A stretch of DNA of 64,000 bases from an uncultured Gemmatimonadales bacterium (lineage in GTDB: Bacteria > Gemmatimonadota > Gemmatimonadetes > Gemmatimonadales > GWC2-71-9): positions 64,001 to 128,000 of the forward strand of contig CAWGSK010000007.1 in assembly GCA_963825055.1 (NCBI GenBank), in the 5' to 3' direction. Shown here one piece after another: positions 38,679 to 48,862 of the stretch. A program made the position numbers and the translations under genes. The notes beneath the pieces were generated by a model that did no database searches, was not told where the DNA came from, and was given only the letters and a program-made list of their open reading frames with translations. Numbering within the stretch: position 1 is the first letter of the stretch; every line of letters begins with the position of its first letter.

Positions 38679-39502
38679 CAGCGCTGGCAGCGGTGGCAGA
38701 AGACCGTGATTCGCCCGTCGATCGCATGGGTACCGGTGAGGCGCGTGCCGCAGCGGACGCACGGCTCGCCTTCACGCCCGTATGCCAGCAGCCGCGACTG
38801 GTTCCCTCCCTGCCCTCCCGTGCCGGTGCGGTAGTCCCGGACGGTGGTGCCGCGGCGCCGGATGGAGGCGCGGAGGATTCGCCGGAGGGAACCGTGCAGG
38901 CGCGACGCCTCCTCGCGGGTCACCGCGTCGGCCGGGCGCGACGGGTCGATTCCCACGTCGAAGAGCGCCTCGTTGGCGTAGATGTTCCCGATGCCGGCGA
39001 TGTGCCGCTGGTCCATGAGCACCTTCTTCACGGCCTGACGCGACCGGGCGAGGATGCGGGAGAGTCCGGCGGGGGTAAAGCCCCGCGCGAGCGGTTCCGG
39101 GCCGAGGGCGGCGTCGTAGTCCTCCCAGGCGGCCTCGTCCAGCAGGAGCAGGGTGCCGAGCCGGCGCACGTCGCGGTACACCAGGATGCGACCGTCGTCC
39201 AGCTCCGCGGTAAGGACCGCATAGCGCCGCTGCTCCGGGGACAATGGAGCGTCATGGACCAGCAGCCCGCCCGACATTCCGGGCTGGACAACCAGGCGTT
39301 GGCGGTCGAGGACCAGCACCGCGTGCTTGGCTCTCCGTTCCAGCCGGTGGATGGTGGCTCCCGCCAGCCCCCGCAGCAGCCGGGCGCGCGTCACCCCGCG
39401 CAGGACGTCGGTGTGCGACAGCTTCGCCCTGAGGATCCGCCGCCCGACGAGCTCGGGGCGGAGATCCCGTACGATGGTCTCGACTTCGGGGAGTTCGGGC
39501 AT
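38678..39502 (-). CDS. mutM: Formamidopyrimidine-DNA glycosylase
   Basis: MPELPEVET, GIGNIYANE and the C-terminal zinc finger CVRC...CHRCQ. Confidence 0.97.
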   Translation of the reverse strand: MPELPEVETIVRDLRPELVGRRILRAKLSHTDVLRGVTRARLLRGLAGATIHRLERRAKHAVLVLDRQRLVVQPGMSGGLLVHDAPLSPEQRRYAVLTAELDDGRILVYRDVRRLGTLLLLDEAAWEDYDAALGPEPLARGFTPAGLSRILARSRQAVKKVLMDQRHIAGIGNIYANEALFDVGIDPSRPADAVTREEASRLHGSLRRILRASIRRRGTTVRDYRTGTGGQGGNQSRLLAYGREGEPCVRCGTRLTGTHAIDGRITVFCHRCQR

Positions 39503-39511
39503 GGGGGGGCG

Positions 39512-39610
39512 CGTTGTGTCGTTGAATCGTTGAGTCGTTGAGTCGTTGCTACCATTCTATCACTCAGCTACTCAACTACTCAACCACTCAACCACTCAAC
39601 TACTCAACCG
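39512..39610. repeat. Back-to-back inverted octamer arrays: CGTTGAGT x4.5 (39512-39548) and CTCAACYA x about 7 (39555-39610)
   Basis: Read directly; contains the purD stop (39600-39602). Confidence 0.9.
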
Positions 39611-40883
39611 CTCCACGCCCGCTCTCCCTCCACCCGATATCCCCCCTGAACACCTTCCCCTCGAACTCGATCCTGCCTGCCGCGTCGCGGCTGAGGCGCT
39701 GGGCGTCCCTGAACGTGCCGGCCACGGCCGTCACATTCAGCACCCGGCCCCCGCTTACCCGCAAGGTGCCGTCGTCGTCGCGCGAGGTGCCGGCGTGGAA
39801 TACGGTGACGCTGTCGGGGAGGTTGTCCGGGATGGCGATCGCGGCGCCCTTGCGCGGGCTCGCCGGGTAGCCGCCGGCGGCGAGCACCGTGGTGACGGCA
39901 TAGGTATCCGGCGCGATGTCGAGCGCGGTCGGGGGGCCGCCCCGCGCGATCGACTCAAGGCAGGCCGTCAGCCCACCCCGGACCAGCGGCAGGACCGCCT
40001 GGGTCTCGGGGTCCCCGAACCGGCAGTTGAATTCGACCACGTACGGCGTGCCGTCGGCCGATACCATGAGGCCGGCGTAGAGCAGGCCCCGGAACGGCGC
40101 GTCGCGGCGCCGGAGTTCGGCGAGAGTCGGCTTGAGCACCTCGGTGGTGACCCGCTCCAGCAGGGCAGTGCTCGTGAGGCTGACGGGGCAGTACGCGCCC
40201 ATGCCGCCGGTATTCGGGCCCCGGTCGCCTTCTTCCAGCCGCTTGTGGTCCTGGGAGGGAGGGAAGAGCACCACCTCCTCACCGTCGGTCGCGGCGAAGA
40301 CCGATAGTTCTTCCCCCGTGAGGAAGTGCTCGATCACGACCTCGCGCCCCGCCTCGCCGAAGGCCCCCTCTCCCAGCATGTCCTCCACCGCCGCGAGCGC
40401 CGCGGCGCGGTCCCGGCAGACGATCGCGCCCTTTCCGCCCGCCAGGCCCGACGCCTTGACGACCAGCGGTTCGGCGTGGCCGCGCACGTATTCCCCTGCC
40501 GGGGCCAGGTCGGTGAAAACCCTGCTCTCCGCCGTGGGCACGCCGGCCGCGCGCATGACTTCCTTGGCGAATGCCTTGGATGACTCGATCCGCGCCGCCG
40601 CGGCGCCGGGCCCGAACACCGGGCGGCCTTCGGCGCGGAGCCGGTCCGCCAGTCCCATCGCCAGGGGCACTTCGGGGCCCACCAGCGTGAGGTCGATCCC
40701 ATACATGTCGGCGGCGTCGGCGAGGCGGTCGATGTCATCAGCGGCCACCGCGACGTTGGTCGCGATGGCCGCTGTTCCCGGATTGCCGGGGGCGCAGTAG
40801 ATGTCGGCGTCGGGCAGTTCGCGGCGGAGCGACCAGGCCAGGGCATGCTCCCGGCCACCGCCGCCGACGATGAGCGCCCTCAC
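39600..40883 (-). CDS. purD: Phosphoribosylamine-glycine ligase
   Basis: GGGGREHAL, APGNPG, SQDHKR, GPNTGGMG and EFNCRFGDPE motifs. Confidence 0.97.
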   Translation of the reverse strand: MRALIVGGGGREHALAWSLRRELPDADIYCAPGNPGTAAIATNVAVAADDIDRLADAADMYGIDLTLVGPEVPLAMGLADRLRAEGRPVFGPGAAAARIESSKAFAKEVMRAAGVPTAESRVFTDLAPAGEYVRGHAEPLVVKASGLAGGKGAIVCRDRAAALAAVEDMLGEGAFGEAGREVVIEHFLTGEELSVFAATDGEEVVLFPPSQDHKRLEEGDRGPNTGGMGAYCPVSLTSTALLERVTTEVLKPTLAELRRRDAPFRGLLYAGLMVSADGTPYVVEFNCRFGDPETQAVLPLVRGGLTACLESIARGGPPTALDIAPDTYAVTTVLAAGGYPASPRKGAAIAIPDNLPDSVTVFHAGTSRDDDGTLRVSGGRVLNVTAVAGTFRDAQRLSRDAAGRIEFEGKVFRGDIGWRESGRGAVE

Positions 40884-41896
40884 GAGCCCCGGGCGCTGCG
40901 GAAGGCCTCACCCACGCGGTCCGCCGCCTTCCTGGCCGCCGTGCGCATCTGGTCCACGAACTCCTTCGCCTCACCGGCGTAATAGCTGCCCGCCGCTGAC
41001 ACGTCATCGCCCAGCGGGCGACTATTGGTCTCGGCCCCGCGCCGCACGTACTCGCCGCGCAGGATACGGTCATAGTTCCCGTCGGCCACCCATTGCTGGA
41101 GCTCCGCCGCACGCACGGTGGCCATCGGGTGCGTGAGCGCGAGCGTGTTGATGAGTTTGTACAGGACGTCCAGGCCCTCGTTGGTCTCCAGATACTCGTG
41201 GGCCTGGGCCATGAAGGCTTCCACGTTCATCTGGCCCGCGAACGGTTCGCCCCGGCCGCCGCCCGCCATCTTCATGCAGAGGCGCTGGGAGACAATCGCA
41301 TCCTGGCAGCCGAGCAGGCCGGCCCGGTCGGCCGAGAGCTCGGCCTTGCGGGACCACTCGAGGAAGGCAAGCCGGACCGGGAGCAGCACCAGGGACGCGA
41401 TGCCTGGCAGTGCGTTCGCGCCGAGCACGAGGAGGATCGCCGCGATGGTGTAGTAGAAGGCATGCCCGCTGATGACGTGCCCCATTTCGTGGGCGAGCAG
41501 GGCGCGGAGTTCGTCGTCATCGAGGAACTCGAGCGCGGCCGAATGGACCACCACGAACGGCTTCTCGAACCCGTAGGCGCCGGCATTGAAGAACGGGGTC
41601 TGCGAGACATACAGCTCCGGTACCTCCGGCCAGTCGAAGGTGGCCGCGACCTCCACCTGCAGGGACCAGAGTGTCGGGAACTGGGTCGGGCCGACGCGTA
41701 CCGCGTTGCCCTGGAAGAGGAGGCGCACGCCGCGTTCGCCCCCGATCAGGGCGATGATCTTGCGGACGACGTCCTCGAAGCCGGGGACCCGGCGCAGTGA
41801 CTGCAGGGCGGCGCGGTCGGCCGGGTGCTCCCAGGTGACGGGAGCGATCTCCGGGAAATCGCGGCGCGGGCGGACGGTCGGGGTGGTGGTACCCAT
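40880..41896 (-). CDS. M48-family zinc metallopeptidase
   Basis: HEMGH, ELSADRAG and THP motifs. Confidence 0.88.
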   Translation of the reverse strand: MGTTTPTVRPRRDFPEIAPVTWEHPADRAALQSLRRVPGFEDVVRKIIALIGGERGVRLLFQGNAVRVGPTQFPTLWSLQVEVAATFDWPEVPELYVSQTPFFNAGAYGFEKPFVVVHSAALEFLDDDELRALLAHEMGHVISGHAFYYTIAAILLVLGANALPGIASLVLLPVRLAFLEWSRKAELSADRAGLLGCQDAIVSQRLCMKMAGGGRGEPFAGQMNVEAFMAQAHEYLETNEGLDVLYKLINTLALTHPMATVRAAELQQWVADGNYDRILRGEYVRRGAETNSRPLGDDVSAAGSYYAGEAKEFVDQMRTAARKAADRVGEAFRSARGS

Positions 41897-41965
41897 TGCA
41901 GGCTCACGGAAGGAGAATTGTTGTCAGGTCCGGCCCGTCCCCTACGGAAACCCGGACTCCCAGTT

Positions 41966-43156
41966 TCATTCTGGGACGTGGCTCTGGTGCGAGGCGACGA
42001 AGGCCTGGTCCAGGTCGGCGATCAGGTCGTCGGTTTCCTCAATGCCGCAACTGAACCGGACCAGGCTGTCCGTCAGGCCCATCTTGCGGCGCAGGTCGAC
42101 CGGCACCGATGCGTGTGTCATGCTCGCGGGGTGCCCGATCAGGCTCTCGACACCTCCCAGGGACTCCGCGAGCGAGAAGATCTTCGTGGACTCCACGAAC
42201 CGGCGTGCGCGGTCAACGTTGCCCAGCTCGATGGAGATCATACCGCCAAACCCCTGCATCTGGCGTTTCGCCAGCTCATGCTGCGGGTGCGAGGCGAGGC
42301 CCGGATAGTACACATGACGGACGTCCGGGTGCTGGTCCAGCCAGGCCGCCACGGCGCGGCCATTACTGTCGTGTTTCCCCATCCGGAGGGCGAGTGTCTT
42401 GGTGCCCCGCAGCGCGAGCCAGCAGTCCATGGGGCCGGGCACGGCACCTGACGCGTTCTGGATGAAGCCCAGTCGCTCGGCCACGTCGTCGCGGCGGGTC
42501 ACCACGATCCCGCCCACCATGTCGCTGTGGCCGTTCAGGTACTTGGTGGTGGAATGCAGCACGATGTCGGCGCCCAGCTCGAGCGGTCGCTGGAAGACAG
42601 GCGTCGCGAACGTGTTGTCCACCGTCAGCAGGAGGCCCCGTGCCTGCGCGATGTCGGCGATGGCGGACAGGTCGGCAAGGACCATCATCGGGTTGGTGGG
42701 GGTTTCGCAGAAAATCATGCGGGTTGCCGGAACGAGTGCGCGCGCTACGTTCTCCGGGTCCTGCATGTCGACGAACGAGAAGGACAGGCTGAAGCGGCCG
42801 TACACCTGCTCCATCAGGCGATGGGTACCACCGTAGACGTTCTCGCCCACGACGACATGATCGCCCGCCTGCAGGAGCTTGAGCACCGCGTCGATGGCGG
42901 CAAGGCCCGAACTGTAGGCGAAGCCGAAGGTGCCCCCTTCGAGGCTGGCGACATTCCGCTCGAGGGCTTCCCGGGTGGGATTCTGGGTCCTGGCATACTC
43001 ATAGCCCTTATGCCGGCCCAAACCTTCCTGGACATATGTCGAGGTCTGGTAAATGGGGACCATGACTGCGCCGGAAAGCGGATCGGGGCGCTGGCCCGCG
43101 TGCACCGCCCGCGTCGCGAAGCCGTGCTGGTCATCCCCCGGTGTGATCTGGGTCAT
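41966..43156 (-). CDS. Cystathionine gamma-synthase/lyase family PLP enzyme
   Basis: YARTQNPTR, ETPTNP, DNTFATP, STTKYLNGHSD and AESLGGVESL motifs; ATG at 43156. Confidence 0.93.
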   Translation of the reverse strand: MTQITPGDDQHGFATRAVHAGQRPDPLSGAVMVPIYQTSTYVQEGLGRHKGYEYARTQNPTREALERNVASLEGGTFGFAYSSGLAAIDAVLKLLQAGDHVVVGENVYGGTHRLMEQVYGRFSLSFSFVDMQDPENVARALVPATRMIFCETPTNPMMVLADLSAIADIAQARGLLLTVDNTFATPVFQRPLELGADIVLHSTTKYLNGHSDMVGGIVVTRRDDVAERLGFIQNASGAVPGPMDCWLALRGTKTLALRMGKHDSNGRAVAAWLDQHPDVRHVYYPGLASHPQHELAKRQMQGFGGMISIELGNVDRARRFVESTKIFSLAESLGGVESLIGHPASMTHASVPVDLRRKMGLTDSLVRFSCGIEETDDLIADLDQAFVASHQSHVPE

Positions 43157-43213
43157 AGTCCGCGTCCCTGTTCTCTGGTTACGTTTGAAGCATCCTCCAT
43201 GCCGTGGAACTTT

Positions 43214-44323
43214 ATGCCTGAGAACGATTTGCGGCAACCCGCCACCAGCGGGGACCGCAGTTGGAATCCTGCGGCCAACGGCGCGGGCGCCGGATCCTCG
43301 ACGACCGCCCGGTGCCTGATCGTCGACGACGATGCGCAGGTCCGCCACGCGCTGGTGCGTGTGATCGAGGGGCAGGGCCTCGAATGTCTCGAGGCCGGTA
43401 ACGGCCAGGAGGGGCTGTCCGTTCTCGACCGCGCCGGCAGCGTGCCGCTGGTTATCTCGGACGTCCAGATGCCGGTGATGGACGGGATCACTTTCCTGCA
43501 CGAACTTCGGCGGCGCTACCCCGATACTGCAGTGGTCATGCTGACCGCCGTCGCCGATTTCCGCGGCGCCGTCGAGTGCCTCCAGGTGGGCGCGATGGAC
43601 TACATCGCCAAGCCGGTGGTCATTGATGAGGTGCGGACGCGCGTGTCGCAGGCCCTGGAGAAGCGCGACCTCATCCTCCAGAATCGCTTCTACCAGCAGC
43701 ACCTCGAAGCCCGGGTGCAGCAACAGGCGGAACGGCTCAAGAACATGTTCCTCGAGGGAATCCAGACCCTTGCGCACGCGCTCGAGGCGAAGGACGCATA
43801 CACCCGCGGGCATTCGATGCGCGTCTCCCGCTATGCGGTGAAGACGGCCGTGCAGCTCGGCTTCTCCGGCAACGGCCTGGAGGACATCCGGCTCGGCGGC
43901 GAACTCCACGACATCGGCAAGATCGATACGCCGGAGTCCATCCTCCACAAGCCCGGGCCACTCACCACGGCGGAGTTCGAGCGCGTCATCCAGCACACCG
44001 TCCTCGGGGAGCGTATCCTGGCCCCGTTTCTCCGTGAGTCGCCCACCGTCCTCACCATCGTGCGCAGTCACCATGAGCGGATCGACGGAACCGGGTTTCC
44101 CGATCGCCTCAAGGGGGACGGGATTCCCCTCGAGGCGCGGATCGTGTCGGTCACGGATGCCTTCGACGCGATGACCACGAACCGGGCCTACCGCGCCTCC
44201 CGCATGCCCGCCGAGGCGTTGGAGGAATTGCGGGCCTGCGCGGGCTCGCATTTCGATACCGACGTGGTGGAGGCCTTCACTTCCGCCTTCAGCGATCCTT
44301 CCGCCCTGCCCATCAGCCTCTAG
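43214..44323 (+). CDS. Response regulator with HD-GYP phosphodiesterase domain
   Basis: REC (IVDDD, SDVQMP, AKP); YTRGHS, LHDIGK and HHERIDGTGFP motifs. Confidence 0.92.
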   Translation: MPENDLRQPATSGDRSWNPAANGAGAGSSTTARCLIVDDDAQVRHALVRVIEGQGLECLEAGNGQEGLSVLDRAGSVPLVISDVQMPVMDGITFLHELRRRYPDTAVVMLTAVADFRGAVECLQVGAMDYIAKPVVIDEVRTRVSQALEKRDLILQNRFYQQHLEARVQQQAERLKNMFLEGIQTLAHALEAKDAYTRGHSMRVSRYAVKTAVQLGFSGNGLEDIRLGGELHDIGKIDTPESILHKPGPLTTAEFERVIQHTVLGERILAPFLRESPTVLTIVRSHHERIDGTGFPDRLKGDGIPLEARIVSVTDAFDAMTTNRAYRASRMPAEALEELRACAGSHFDTDVVEAFTSAFSDPSALPISL

Positions 44324-44341
44324 ACCAGTATCTTTCGCGCC

Positions 44342-45710
44342 ATGTCAGACACCCTGATGATCAGTGTTTCCGGTATGCGCGGTATTGTGGGTCGCGACCT
44401 GACGCCGGAGCTCATTGCCCGCCACGCAGCCGCCCTCGGGGCATGGGCCGCGGGCCGGGGCCGCCCTTCCGTTGTGCTCGGGCGGGACGCCCGGACCAGC
44501 GGACCGATGTTCACGCACGCGGCGATGGCCGGACTGATGTCGGTCGGGGTCAGCGTGATCGATGTCGGCATGGTCCCCACCCCGACTGTCCAGCTCGCGG
44601 TGGAGCACCACGAAGCCGGAGCCGGGCTCATCATCACGGCCAGCCACAATCCCATCGAGTGGAACGCCCTCAAGTTCGTGGGGCCGGACGGCATCTTCCT
44701 GGACGGCGATGCGGGTGCCGCGGTCCGGGGCCTGGCGGAAGCGGGTCCGCCGCGGGTCGACTTCAGCGGCATCGGGAATGTGCGCCACGATGATGGCGCG
44801 ATCGCGCGACACCTCGACCAGGTGCTGGATCTTTCCGTGCTCGACCTCACAGCAATTCGCGATCGAAGCTTCCATGTTGCTCTGGACTGCGTCCGCGGGG
44901 CGGGAGGGACCACCATGCCCGCCCTGCTGGAGCATTTGGGCTGTCGGGTCACCGCCATCAACCTGGAGACGGATGGCCGGTTTCCCCGCCCGCCGGAGCC
45001 TCTCCCGGAAAACCTGTCGGAGCTCTCGGCGCTCGTCCGGGCCAGTGGGGCCGATATCGGATTCGCGGTGGATCCCGACGTGGATCGCCTGGCCGTGGTG
45101 GATGAGACCGGGCGCCCGGTGGGTGAGGACTACACCCTGGCGTTCGCCGTCCGCGCGATGCTCGGGGGCCGGGCGAACGATTCGGGAGCGCCACCCGTGG
45201 TGGTGGCGAACCTTTCCACCAGCCTGGTGGTTGAGGACGCGACGCGGGAGGCCGGCGGCAGATTCCTCAGGGCCCCGGTCGGGGAGGCCAACGTCGCCAG
45301 GATGATCATCTCGGAAGGGGCCCTGATCGGTGGCGAGGGGAATGGTGGCGTGATCCTGCCCTCCCTCCATGTGGGACGGGACGCCCCGGTCGGGGTGGCG
45401 CTGATCTTGCATCTTCTTGCACGGGAGGGCCGCCGGGTCTCGGCAATCGTCGACGGGAGCTCCCCGTTACACGATTGTGAAGGCTAAGGTGCCACGAGGT
45501 AAGGAGATAGCTCCTGTCTACGCCGCTCTCAAGTCGCGCTTTCCCGACGCCGAGCCGGATGAAAGAGATGGGCTGCGTCTCGCATGGCCGGACCGCTGGC
45601 TGCACGTTCGGCCGTCAGGAACCGAACCGATCATCCGGTTCATCGCCGAAGCACCCACCCGGGAGGGAGCCGAGTCGCTCATCGGCGCATCCCGTGACCT
45701 CTTGAAGTAA
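44342..45710 (+). CDS. glmM: Phosphoglucosamine mutase / alpha-D-phosphohexomutase, frameshifted near 45455
   Basis: TASHNP, DPDVDR and GGEGNGG motifs; the C-terminal VRPSGTEP lies in the next frame; upstream of glmS. Confidence 0.85.
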
Positions 45711-45722
45711 GGGAAACACTCC

Positions 45723-47549
45723 ATGTGCGGCATTGTCGGCTACGTAGGACCACGGCAGGCGGGCGGGCTTCTTATTGACGGGCTCCGGCGCCTGGAATAC
45801 CGCGGGTACGACTCCGCGGGCCTCGCCATCATCAACGGCAAGGGCATCGAGGTCATCAAGTCAGCCGGGAAGCTTGCCGCCCTGGAACAGGCCCTGAACG
45901 ACCGGATGCCGCAAGGCACCGTCGGGATCGGCCATACCCGCTGGGCCACGCACGGGGCCCCCACTACCACCAATGCCCATCCGCATACCGACCAGAGCGG
46001 CCGGATTGCCCTGATCCACAACGGCATCATCGAGAACGCCGGCGCCATCCGCCAGGCGCTCGAGCGCCGCGGGCACACGTTCACCTCCGAGACCGACACT
46101 GAGGTGCTGGCGCACCTGGTCGGCGAGCTGTACGAGGGGGACCTCGAGGAGGCCGTGGCGGCCGCGCTCCGCGACGTGGACGGCGCCTACGGCATCGCGG
46201 TCATCTGCAGCGAAGAGACCGGAGTACTGGTCGCCGCACGGAAGGGCTCGCCGCTCCTGGTCGGCGTGGGCGAGGATGAGTGGTTCGTCGCGTCCGACGC
46301 CTCGGCGATTCTCGAGCACACCCGCTCGGTGGTGTACCTGGACGACGGCGAGATGGTGGTCCTGACGCGCGAGGGATACCATGTGCGCGACCTCCAGGCC
46401 ACGGTGATCGAGAAGCCGGTCAATCAGATCGAGTGGGACCTCGCCACGATCGAGCGGGGCGGCTACGACCACTTCATGCTGAAGGAAATCTGCGAGCAGC
46501 CGGAGAGCGTCTGGAACACGCTGCGGGGCCACCTGCTCGAGGAGGAAGGAACCTCCCGCCTCAGCGGCCTCAACCTCAGCGACGAGGACATCCTCGGCAT
46601 CGAGCAGATCATCATCACCGCGTGCGGGACATCCTGGCACGCCGGACTGATCGGCGAGTACATGCTCGAGGAGATGGCCAGGATTCCCGTCGAGGTCGAG
46701 TATGCCTCGGAGTTCCGGTACCGGAATCCCATCGTGGACGAACGCACGCTGGTCATCGGGATCTCGCAGTCAGGTGAGACCGCTGACACCCTGGCGGCCA
46801 TCCGCGAGGCCAAACAGCGCGGGGCGCGGACGATCGGCCTGGTCAACGTGGTGGGTTCCACCATCGCGCGCGAGGTGGACGGCGGAACATACCTGCACGC
46901 CGGTCCGGAGGTCGGGGTGGCGAGCACCAAGGCCTTCACCAGCCAGGTGGCGGCGCTGGCGATGGTCGCGCTCCGCTTCGCCCGGCTCCGGAATCTGAGC
47001 ATCCTGCAGGGCCGGGAGATGATCCAGGAGCTGCGGGCGCTGCCGGACAAGATCCGCTGGATCCTGGCGCGGGCGGACGAGATGGAGGCGCTGGCTGAGC
47101 AGTACTACCAGTCGAATAACGCGCTTTACCTGGGCCGCGGCGTGAACTTCCCGGTCGCGCTCGAGGGCGCGCTCAAGCTGAAGGAAATTTCGTACATCCA
47201 CGCCGAGGGCTATCCGGCGGCGGAAATGAAGCACGGCCCCATCGCGCTGATCGACGAGAACATGCCCGTCATCTTCATCGCTCCCCGGGGGCCGGTACAC
47301 TCGAAAGTGGTTTCCAATATCGAGGAAGTGAAGGCCCGCGGGGGCAAGGTGATCGCGCTGGTCAACGAGGGCGACACGGAGATCGAGCGCCTCGCCGACA
47401 GCACCTTCGCCATCCCTGAGACGATGGAGATGCTGTCACCCATCCTGACGAGCATCCCGCTCCAGCTCTTCTCGTACTATGTCGCCGTCCGGCGGGGCTG
47501 CAACGTCGACCAGCCGCGAAACCTGGCGAAGTCGGTGACGGTGGAGTAG
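45723..47549 (+). CDS. glmS: Glutamine-fructose-6-phosphate transaminase
   Basis: [21 protein letters not shown] and [10 protein letters not shown] motifs. Confidence 0.98.
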   Translation: MCGIVGYVGPRQAGGLLIDGLRRLEYRGYDSAGLAIINGKGIEVIKSAGKLAALEQALNDRMPQGTVGIGHTRWATHGAPTTTNAHPHTDQSGRIALIHNGIIENAGAIRQALERRGHTFTSETDTEVLAHLVGELYEGDLEEAVAAALRDVDGAYGIAVICSEETGVLVAARKGSPLLVGVGEDEWFVASDASAILEHTRSVVYLDDGEMVVLTREGYHVRDLQATVIEKPVNQIEWDLATIERGGYDHFMLKEICEQPESVWNTLRGHLLEEEGTSRLSGLNLSDEDILGIEQIIITACGTSWHAGLIGEYMLEEMARIPVEVEYASEFRYRNPIVDERTLVIGISQSGETADTLAAIREAKQRGARTIGLVNVVGSTIAREVDGGTYLHAGPEVGVASTKAFTSQVAALAMVALRFARLRNLSILQGREMIQELRALPDKIRWILARADEMEALAEQYYQSNNALYLGRGVNFPVALEGALKLKEISYIHAEGYPAAEMKHGPIALIDENMPVIFIAPRGPVHSKVVSNIEEVKARGGKVIALVNEGDTEIERLADSTFAIPETMEMLSPILTSIPLQLFSYYVAVRRGCNVDQPRNLAKSVTVE

Positions 47550-47573
47550 GCGGACAGGCGGACAGGCGGACGG
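47550..47573 (+). repeat. Octamer repeat GCGGACAG x3 directly after the glmS stop
   Basis: gcggacag gcggacag gcggacgg; same family and sense orientation as 8271-8300. Confidence 0.75.
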
Positions 47574-47575
47574 AC

Positions 47576-47606
47576 GGCCGGGGCTTCACGCTCCGGCCTT
47601 TGTTTT
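47576..47606 (+). terminator. Intrinsic terminator after glmS
   Basis: GGCCGGGGC-ttcac-GCTCCGGCC followed by TTTGTTTT. Confidence 0.8.
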
Positions 47607-47624
47607 GTCCCCCCGCCCGCTACC

Positions 47625-47696
47625 TTCAACGACTCAACGACTCAACGACTCAACGACTCAACGACTCAACGACTCAACGACTCAACGACTCCACGG
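47625..47696 (+). repeat. Octamer tandem repeat CTCAACGA x8 plus one degenerate copy
   Basis: Read directly; ends 7 nt before the dtd ATG. Confidence 0.95.
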
Positions 47697-47703
47697 ACCC
47701 CCC

Positions 47704-48147
47704 ATGCGCCTCGTCCTTCAGCGTGTCAGCCAGGCTTCCGTCACGATTGCCGGCCGCGAGACTGCCCGAATCGGCCGGGGCTTCTGTATCCTGGTCGGGA
47801 TCACGCACGCGGACACCACTGCCGAGGCCGACTGGCTGGCCGAGAAAGTTGCGGGGCTCCGGCTCTTCACGGACGAAGAGGGAAAGATGAACCTGGGGCT
47901 GTCGGAGGTGGGTGGCGCGGTGCTGGTGGTGTCACAGTTCACGCTTTATGGCGATACCAGTCGCGGAAGGCGTCCTTCCTTTGTTGCCGCCGCGCGACCC
48001 GAGCAGGCCGTACCGCTCTACGAGCGCTTCGTCGCCCAGCTGAGAGGTCATGGACTGGAGGTCGGTACCGGGGAGTTCGGGGCGATGATGGACGTGGCAC
48101 TCGTGAATGACGGCCCGGTCACCCTGGTCCTCGAGCGTGGCGCGTGA
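47704..48147 (+). CDS. dtd: D-aminoacyl-tRNA deacylase
   Basis: [20 protein letters not shown] and NDGPVT motifs. Confidence 0.97.
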   Translation: MRLVLQRVSQASVTIAGRETARIGRGFCILVGITHADTTAEADWLAEKVAGLRLFTDEEGKMNLGLSEVGGAVLVVSQFTLYGDTSRGRRPSFVAAARPEQAVPLYERFVAQLRGHGLEVGTGEFGAMMDVALVNDGPVTLVLERGA

Positions 48148-48728
48148 GCGCGCCGCGCCTGACACTGGCCTCCGGGTCTCCCCGCCGCCGGCAGCTCCTC
48201 GAGATGCTCGGCTTCGAGATCGACGTACGTCCGTCAAATATCCCCGAGGCCCCGGAGCCAGGGGAGTTGCCGCGCGACTACGCCGCACGACTGGCCCGCG
48301 AGAAGGCCTCGGCCATCACGGGGCCGCTGGTTCTGGGGGCGGATACGATCGTGGTCCTGGACGGGCACCTGCTGGAGAAGCCGGCGGATGCCGAAGACGC
48401 GGTCCGCATGCTCATGACACTCCAGGGCCGCACGCACGAGGTGACCACCGCCGTCGCGCTGCGCCAGGACGGCCGCATCCGGGAGGCAGCGGATACCACG
48501 CGCGTGACCTTCCGCCGGGCGGATGAGGCCCTGATCCGGGCCTACGTTGCCACCGGTGAGCCGATGGACAAGGCGGGCGCCTATGGGATCCAGGGCTATG
48601 GCGCGGCGCTGATCGAGCGGGTGGAAGGGGATTTCTTCAGTGTGATGGGCCTGCCGCTCCGGCTGGTGCTGGACCTGCTGGGGGAAGCGGGGTTTGTGTA
48701 CCGGTTTGATGGAGGGAAGAGGGTGTAG
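48144..48728 (+). CDS. maf: Maf-family nucleotide pyrophosphatase
   Basis: [22 protein letters not shown] and VMGLP motifs. Confidence 0.95.
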   Translation: MSAPRLTLASGSPRRRQLLEMLGFEIDVRPSNIPEAPEPGELPRDYAARLAREKASAITGPLVLGADTIVVLDGHLLEKPADAEDAVRMLMTLQGRTHEVTTAVALRQDGRIREAADTTRVTFRRADEALIRAYVATGEPMDKAGAYGIQGYGAALIERVEGDFFSVMGLPLRLVLDLLGEAGFVYRFDGGKRV

Positions 48729-48729
48729 G

Positions 48730-48762
48730 GAGTGGCGGGTGGCGAGTGGCGGGTGGCGAGTC
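48730..48762 (+). repeat. Heptamer repeat G(A/G)GTGGC x4.5 after the maf stop
   Basis: gagtggc gggtggc gagtggc gggtggc gagtc. Confidence 0.8.
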
Positions 48763-48799
48763 GAAGCAGCTGTCGGAGCTGGAACCGCTATCTTCTGGT

Positions 48800-48862
48800 C
48801 CGTTCACCGTTCACCGTTCACCGTTCACCGTTCACCGTTCACCGTTCACCGTTCACCGTTCA
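48800..48862 (-). repeat. Heptamer tandem repeat CCGTTCA x9 (CGGTGAA family on the minus strand)
   Basis: Read directly; contains the cyclase stop (48846-48848). Confidence 0.95.

Noticed and set aside
41966..44251. 761-aa fused cystathionine enzyme
   Set aside because: The upstream part is the antisense of the HD-GYP gene; homology begins at ATG 43156.
43214..44323. GFP variant of the HD-GYP motif as a novel activity
   Set aside because: Tyr-to-Phe is a conservative change and the metal-binding residues are intact.
45440..45490. Programmed frameshift or true pseudogene in glmM
   Set aside because: No slippery heptamer or stimulatory structure was seen; the gene is normally essential; indels are scattered across the window, so an assembly error is more likely.
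45711..45722. glmS ribozyme
   Set aside because: Only 12 nt separate glmM and glmS, leaving no room.
47625..47696. Tandem arrays as CRISPR
   Set aside because: Units are 7-8 bp with no unique spacers, and there are no cas genes.
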